From an uncultured archaeon (GTDB lineage: Archaea > Asgardarchaeota > Thorarchaeia > Thorarchaeales > Thorarchaeaceae), in the NCBI GenBank assembly GCA_964354495.1, contig CAYHAA010000007.1:75759-107758 (forward strand): DNA of 32,000 nucleotides, in the 5' to 3' direction. Below are positions 27,134 to 32,000 of this stretch, piece after piece (the stretch's first letter is position 1; each line of letters starts with the position of its first letter). The notes under the pieces were generated by a model. The model saw only the letters and a program-made list of their open reading frames with translations, was not told where the DNA came from and made no database searches. The translations under genes and the position numbers were made by a program.

Positions 27134-28528
27134 ATGTCCTCAGACTCAATACTGATCAAGAATGCATATGTTCTAACCCTCAACCCCAGACGCCAGATAG
27201 TTCGTGATGGTGCTATCTACATTGAGGGTACAGAGATAATCGAGGTAGGAAAGACTGAGGCCCTGAAGGCATCTGGAGCTGAAACAGTCATCGATGCCAA
27301 GAACAAGATTGTCATGCCAGGTCTCATTGACACCCATGTTCACCTCTCTCAGGCTCTGATACGCGGTTGTGCGGACGATGTATCTCTTGTTGATTGGCTC
27401 AAGAAATATGTCTGGGTGCTCCAGGGCAACTTCACCAAGGACGATGGTAGGGTTTCTGCAGATCTCTGCATGGCAGAGATGATCCGGACTGGCACCACCT
27501 CCTTTGTTGACTGTATGATTCACACACGGTACGGCTTCGATGGAATCGCCAAAGCTGTGGAACAAGCCGGGATGCGTGCTGGACTCTCAAAGATTATCAT
27601 GGACTCAACAGGCTATGCCGATAGTTCAGATATCATGTATCCCGGGATGGTAGAGAATGCTGATGCCTGCCTGCGTGAAACCAATCAGATGTACAAGAAA
27701 TGGCACGGGAAGGCAGATGGCCGAATCCATATCTGGTATGGTCTCCGGTCTTTGGGTGGCGTGACTCCCGACCTGTTCATGGAGGTCGCCCAGAGGACTC
27801 GGGAGAAGAAGACTCACATGACCATGCACCTCGGAGAGGTCGTGGATGATGTCAGGTATGTCCGGGACAACTTCGGCACAAACCTCACTGGCTTTGCCCG
27901 GAAGCACAACCTGCTCGGCCCCGAGATGGTCTTTGCTCATGGCATTCATTTCGACGACACTGAGTTGAAGATCCTCGCTGAATCACGAACCAACATCAGT
28001 CACTGTCCAGCGAGCAATACGAAACTTGCCTCTGGGTTTGCAAAGATTCCGCAGATGTTAGAACTGGGTGTGCCTGTGTCCCTCGGGTGCGACGGTGGAC
28101 CCAGCAACAATACCTATGACATGGTCCGCGAGATGCGTCTTGCTGCCCTCATACACAAGCCCGTTGCCAAGAATCCCCTCGTGGTAAGTGCTGAGGATGT
28201 GATCGAGATGGCAACCCTTGGAGGCGCTGTTGCTATGGGCATTCGTGACAAGGTGGGCTCCCTTGAGCCTGGGAAACTTGCTGACATCATCATCATAGAC
28301 ATGCATGAACTGGGTCTCACGCCTGCAGTGAATCCCGTATCCAATCTGGTCTATAGCGGGAGTGGTCAGAGTGTCGATACAACCATTGTGAACGGGAAGG
28401 TTCTGATGCGCAACAGGCAACTCCTGACGCTGAACATGGACGAGGTCATGGACAAGGCAAAGACCCATGTCATCAAGCTTCTGGAGAGAGCTGATGTCGA
28501 TATCTGTCCCAAGTGGCCAGTACTCTAA
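27134..28528 (+). CDS. Amidohydrolase, nucleoside/purine deaminase (MtaD/SsnA/GuaD-like) subfamily
   Basis: MPGLIDTHVHLSQ, GTTSFVD, HLGE, FAHGIH, HCPASNTKL, LGCDG and GSLEPGKLADI. Confidence 0.92.
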   Translation: MSSDSILIKNAYVLTLNPRRQIVRDGAIYIEGTEIIEVGKTEALKASGAETVIDAKNKIVMPGLIDTHVHLSQALIRGCADDVSLVDWLKKYVWVLQGNFTKDDGRVSADLCMAEMIRTGTTSFVDCMIHTRYGFDGIAKAVEQAGMRAGLSKIIMDSTGYADSSDIMYPGMVENADACLRETNQMYKKWHGKADGRIHIWYGLRSLGGVTPDLFMEVAQRTREKKTHMTMHLGEVVDDVRYVRDNFGTNLTGFARKHNLLGPEMVFAHGIHFDDTELKILAESRTNISHCPASNTKLASGFAKIPQMLELGVPVSLGCDGGPSNNTYDMVREMRLAALIHKPVAKNPLVVSAEDVIEMATLGGAVAMGIRDKVGSLEPGKLADIIIIDMHELGLTPAVNPVSNLVYSGSGQSVDTTIVNGKVLMRNRQLLTLNMDEVMDKAKTHVIKLLERADVDICPKWPVL

Positions 28529-28614
28529 CACACAGTGCGCTTCGTCACAATCTTGCTTACTTCTAGCTCTATTTTAGATGCTGGTGTCTATGTATCTCTA
28601 GACTATAGAAGTAG

Positions 28615-29394
28615 GTGACTCATGTGGCGACAAATGTCGATTTGGAATTGGCCCGCAAGCTGCTGAGAAATCAGGCCTTCCCGCGCACCTGCAAATATGA
28701 TCCAGATTGGATGGTCAGTCTCGATATGGGATGTCCTACTCTTTGGCTACTGGAGCGACTCTGTGAAAAGATGGATCTGAAACCAGGGATGCGCGTCCTC
28801 GATCTTGGGTGCGGAAAGGCAGGAGGAGCGATATTTCTGGCAAAGGAATTCGATATCCAAGTCTGGGCAGTCGACATCGCTGTCAGCCAAACGGAGAATT
28901 GGGAACGAATAAAGCAGATGGGTCTTGAGGCGCAGATCTTTCCACTCAGAAGCGATGCCCGTGAGCTTCCTTTCCCAAGAGATTTCTTTGACGCTATCAT
29001 ATGTGTAAATTCCCTCTTTTTCTTCGCTACTGAAGACATCTATCTAAAACACCATCTCATTCCACGAGTGAAGCTCGGTGGACAGATAGGCAGTGTTGTT
29101 CCTGGATTCTACACCGAGTTTGAGGGATTACTATTAGACGACATTCCAGCGCATCTGAGGCAGTATTGGGAGTCCTGCATGCTCTATGCATGGCACTCAG
29201 CGGCATGGTGGAAGAGACACTGGCTCAAGACAGGGCAAGTGGAGGTTGAAGTGGCCGACAACTTTCCGAGCAGAGAGGGATACCTGACGTATCTTGAGTG
29301 GGAACGAATCATAGGATATCCAGAGAGGATTGCTCAAGACGACGAGGGACGGAATATAACATTCTCTCGCCTAGTCATTCGAAGGCGAAGATGA
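28615..29394 (+). CDS. Class I SAM-dependent methyltransferase
   Basis: RVLDLGCGK, VWAVD and DARELPFPRDFFDAIICVNS. Confidence 0.9.
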   Translation: MTHVATNVDLELARKLLRNQAFPRTCKYDPDWMVSLDMGCPTLWLLERLCEKMDLKPGMRVLDLGCGKAGGAIFLAKEFDIQVWAVDIAVSQTENWERIKQMGLEAQIFPLRSDARELPFPRDFFDAIICVNSLFFFATEDIYLKHHLIPRVKLGGQIGSVVPGFYTEFEGLLLDDIPAHLRQYWESCMLYAWHSAAWWKRHWLKTGQVEVEVADNFPSREGYLTYLEWERIIGYPERIAQDDEGRNITFSRLVIRRRR

Positions 29395-29498
29395 GTAATC
29401 TGGATAGGGGCACATTCAATGGAAAGTATAGCCATAGCTCGTTAAGTCTGAGTGATTAGGTAAAGAACGAGTGGTTTCAATGTCAAACGGGTGTCTCA

Positions 29499-30296
29499 AT
29501 GAACCCGATAGATGAGATTGCAGTCCGCAAAGCAGGAATGGAAGATGCAGAGGTTCTGACGGGAATATGCAAGAGGGCATTTGACTCTGACTCAGAGGTA
29601 GGAGCTCCCGGCCCAGGCGGTCCTCCGGGCTATGACTCAGTCGAATGGAATAGAAGCATAATCGGCAATCCGTACCTGCGATACTACAAGATTCTCAGAG
29701 GCGATAAGATCGCTGGGGGATTCATTGCAGGAGATAGGGGCCCGGGATATCAAGTGTGCGAGAGGATCTGGGTGGATCCTGACCACATGAGAGAGGGCAT
29801 AGGCGAGAAGGCATTCAAGGCGGTCTGGCTGGGATATCCCTCAGCGGACCTGTGGGCTCTCGGAACTCCGGAATGGAATATCAGAACCAACCCATTCTAC
29901 AGGAAACTTGGATTTGTTCAGATTGGAAAGACACACGACCTCCCTCAATGGAGTGGCAATTACTACGAAAAGAGACTCTCGGACAGATTTCCGCGAGCAA
30001 TGTCAATGATAGGTGACCTCCACAACGGTCAGAGTCAAGTGGTTGTTGAAGGACATGTCGAACGTATGTCTAGCCCGCGCACTGTCTCATCAAGAAAGAC
30101 AGGAGAGGCATTGAAGCTAGTCGATGCAATATTGGCGGATGATACAGGTTCAATCAAGATTATCCTCTGGAACGATCAGATCAGACAGGTTGAGGTGGAT
30201 TCAAGAATCCGGATCGAGAACGGCTATTTGAAGGAATACCGGGATGAAACTCAATTAGCCATCGGTCAGTGGGGCGTAATAATCACGTTACTCTGA
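29499..30296 (+). CDS. GNAT N-acetyltransferase fused to a C-terminal SSB/RPA-type OB fold
   Basis: GNAT: IWVDPDHMREGIG, TPEWNIRTNPFYRKLGF. OB fold from about 30006: IGDL...VVVEGHV...AILADDTGSIKIILWN...IRIENGY..EYRDETQLAIG. Confidence 0.88.
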   Translation: MNPIDEIAVRKAGMEDAEVLTGICKRAFDSDSEVGAPGPGGPPGYDSVEWNRSIIGNPYLRYYKILRGDKIAGGFIAGDRGPGYQVCERIWVDPDHMREGIGEKAFKAVWLGYPSADLWALGTPEWNIRTNPFYRKLGFVQIGKTHDLPQWSGNYYEKRLSDRFPRAMSMIGDLHNGQSQVVVEGHVERMSSPRTVSSRKTGEALKLVDAILADDTGSIKIILWNDQIRQVEVDSRIRIENGYLKEYRDETQLAIGQWGVIITLL

Positions 30297-30386
30297 ATGG
30301 AGAAGAGTATCTACCTGAGAGTCAATGGACGGCTACAGGGTGACGCCCCTCGACTCACAGAAGTACTCGGTCTGACCCTAGGTTCT

Positions 30387-31589
30387 CTACGATATTATTG
30401 CCTCTCTCTCGAAGAGCTTCGCTCCAATGAGCAGGAATACTACTGTGAAGGCTATCATATACCCGACATTGATGGATAATCCGACCAGAGTTCCAGTCCC
30501 GGCAAGAACTGCGTTCAGAAAGAGGACTGCATGACTGAACGGGATGGCCAGGATGATCCACTGTAGAACTCCACCGTACTGAAGCAGACTCCCAGTGAAG
30601 CCGAGTATCCCGATGATAAAGGTCGGAAGCAACATGACCATGCTGTTCACCGACTCTGCTGTGGCTCTGTCTTTTGCTAAGCACGAGATTACGACTCCAA
30701 TTCCGATGGCGCATAGCAGTACAAGGAACTGACAGAACATGATGAGCGGAATCGTGTTTGCATTCACAGTGTAGAGGTTGATGTTCGCCTGCTGCAGTTC
30801 TGGAGCCATGTTTGCAACGCGAAGGATGATGGAGAGATTATATGACAGGATTCCTACGGCTGTGAATACTGAGTAGATAGCGGTAAGCGCAAGACCTGCC
30901 ACAAGTTTGGAACCAAGGATCTTCACTCTGCTCATGGGCACGACAAGGAGAGCCTCGAGTGTCTTCATCTCTCTCTCTCCAGCGAAGGACTTGCTGATGT
31001 ATGGGGCAGGTGCCAGAACTGATGTCAGCATGACCAGAAATATCGCCAGTTGATGTCCATAGTTTGCCTCGGGTGAGATAGTGTACCAGTTGACCTGAAG
31101 TTCCCTTATCACAGTAGCCGCGTTGATGACATCCTTTGCAAAACTGTCAATGCGTGCAGCCGAGGCAGTAGCCCGGAAGCTGGCTGTGTTGACCACAATC
31201 TGCAGAGTGCTCTTTGTTGTAGTATTCAGCTGCTGCGTGAAGTTCTCCGGTATAAGCACCCACACTGAAACAGTCTTATCAGCGACCATACTCATTCCCT
31301 CTTCAAACGTGACATTCACAAGAGGGTCAATGAGGAGCTTGGTCCTATTCGCAAAGATCTCCTCATAGAGTGTCCGCCCCCATACGCCATTGTCTTCCAC
31401 GGTGATGAAGACCTGCTCAGGTTCCTCTGAAGTCTGCCCCACGATGAATGATAGAAACGCCCCCTGGAACAGCCACGCGAACATGGGGCTGATGATGAAT
31501 CCAAGAATGAGCCACCGCGACCGGAAGACTTCCCTCGCCTCTTTCCGTATCATCCACAGGGTCTTTACATCCAGTCTAAGTCGCCTCAT
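30387..31589 (-). CDS. ABC-2 type transporter permease
   Basis: MIRKEAREVFR, N-terminal TM helix, extracellular domain, FAGEREMKTLEALLVVP..ILGSK and six C-terminal TM helices. Confidence 0.92.
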   Translation of the reverse strand: MRRLRLDVKTLWMIRKEAREVFRSRWLILGFIISPMFAWLFQGAFLSFIVGQTSEEPEQVFITVEDNGVWGRTLYEEIFANRTKLLIDPLVNVTFEEGMSMVADKTVSVWVLIPENFTQQLNTTTKSTLQIVVNTASFRATASAARIDSFAKDVINAATVIRELQVNWYTISPEANYGHQLAIFLVMLTSVLAPAPYISKSFAGEREMKTLEALLVVPMSRVKILGSKLVAGLALTAIYSVFTAVGILSYNLSIILRVANMAPELQQANINLYTVNANTIPLIMFCQFLVLLCAIGIGVVISCLAKDRATAESVNSMVMLLPTFIIGILGFTGSLLQYGGVLQWIILAIPFSHAVLFLNAVLAGTGTLVGLSINVGYMIAFTVVFLLIGAKLFEREAIIS

Positions 31590-32000
31590 GGTGTGCTCCC
31601 TCCATAGACGCCCTCTCCTGTCACGAGACCGGTAAAGACCTCCTCTAGATTGGCAGCCCTGAACTTCTCTTCGAGCTCGCTCGGTCTCCCGACTGCAACG
31701 AGCTTGCCATCATTGAGAATTGCTACTCTATCGCAGAGCTCAGAGACCTCGTTGAGGTCATGCGTTGTCAGAATGATGGTTCGTCTCTGCTCAGAGCTCA
31801 GTTTCTTCAGGAGGTTGCGCACCACTCTTGCTCCAAGTGTGTCAATGCCAGTGGTTGGCTCGTCGAGAAAGATAATCTCTGGTTCTATCACAAGTGCTCG
31901 TGCAACCAGTACCTTGCGCTTCATTCCTCCACTGAAGCCCTTCACCTGGTAGTGCTCCTTGTCCTTCAATCCAACGATCTCAAGGAGTCTATCGGCCCGC
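31586..32000 (-). CDS. ABC transporter ATP-binding protein, 5' end truncated by the window edge
   Basis: FSGGMKRK signature, IIFLDEPTTGID (Walker B/D-loop) and LTTHD; the frame stays open to the window end. Confidence 0.95.
   Translation of the reverse strand, partial: RADRLLEIVGLKDKEHYQVKGFSGGMKRKVLVARALVIEPEIIFLDEPTTGIDTLGARVVRNLLKKLSSEQRRTIILTTHDLNEVSELCDRVAILNDGKLVAVGRPSELEEKFRAANLEEVFTGLVTGEGVYGGSTP

Noticed and set aside
28615-29394. ArsM call for the second methyltransferase
   Set aside because: It is about 23 kb from the ars genes and has no ArsM-type motif set.
30297-30479. 60-aa ORF after the GNAT-OB gene
   Set aside because: It overlaps the convergent permease and has no recognisable features.
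1-32000. CRISPR arrays, tRNA/rRNA genes, IS elements or integrases
   Set aside because: No repeat-spacer arrays, cloverleaf or rRNA signatures, or transposase/integrase ORFs were seen by eye.

Overview
Archaeal chromosomal window with no rRNA, tRNA, CRISPR or mobile element detected. The archaeal-type TFB and LeuRS and the AOR-family enzymes show it is archaeal; an Asgard/Thorarchaeia-like origin is my inference only. Left to right: (1) a tfb gene running off the left edge and missed by the ORF track; (2) an ICMT-family gene, then a minus-strand run acr3 - thioredoxin-like - methyltransferase-like - degenerate M14 hydrolase - Cys/His protein; (3) arsR with a divergent operon encoding a stand-alone HdrA N-terminal-like domain, a ferredoxin, a DGC-GcvH (lipoyl carrier) fusion, two more DGC proteins and a frameshifted HEAT-repeat protein. 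The same inverted repeat ATATCG-N8-CGATAT lies upstream of both acr3 and this operon; (4) a TauE/SafE gene and an HxlR remnant; (5) leuS, DUF998 and an Lrp ligand-binding domain; (6) a ~13 kb cluster with two ferredoxin+AOR pairs, MoaD, an allantoinase-like hydrolase, a PreA/DHOD-like flavoprotein lacking the catalytic Cys, a PfkB kinase, an M24 peptidase, a 3xPAS histidine kinase and a deaminase-type amidohydrolase; (7) a methyltransferase, a GNAT-SSB OB-fold fusion and an ABC transporter running off the right edge. The best candidate for an undescribed system is the apparently ArsR-controlled lipoyl-carrier/DGC/HdrA-N/ferredoxin module. Family calls come from motif recognition by eye; no searches were run.
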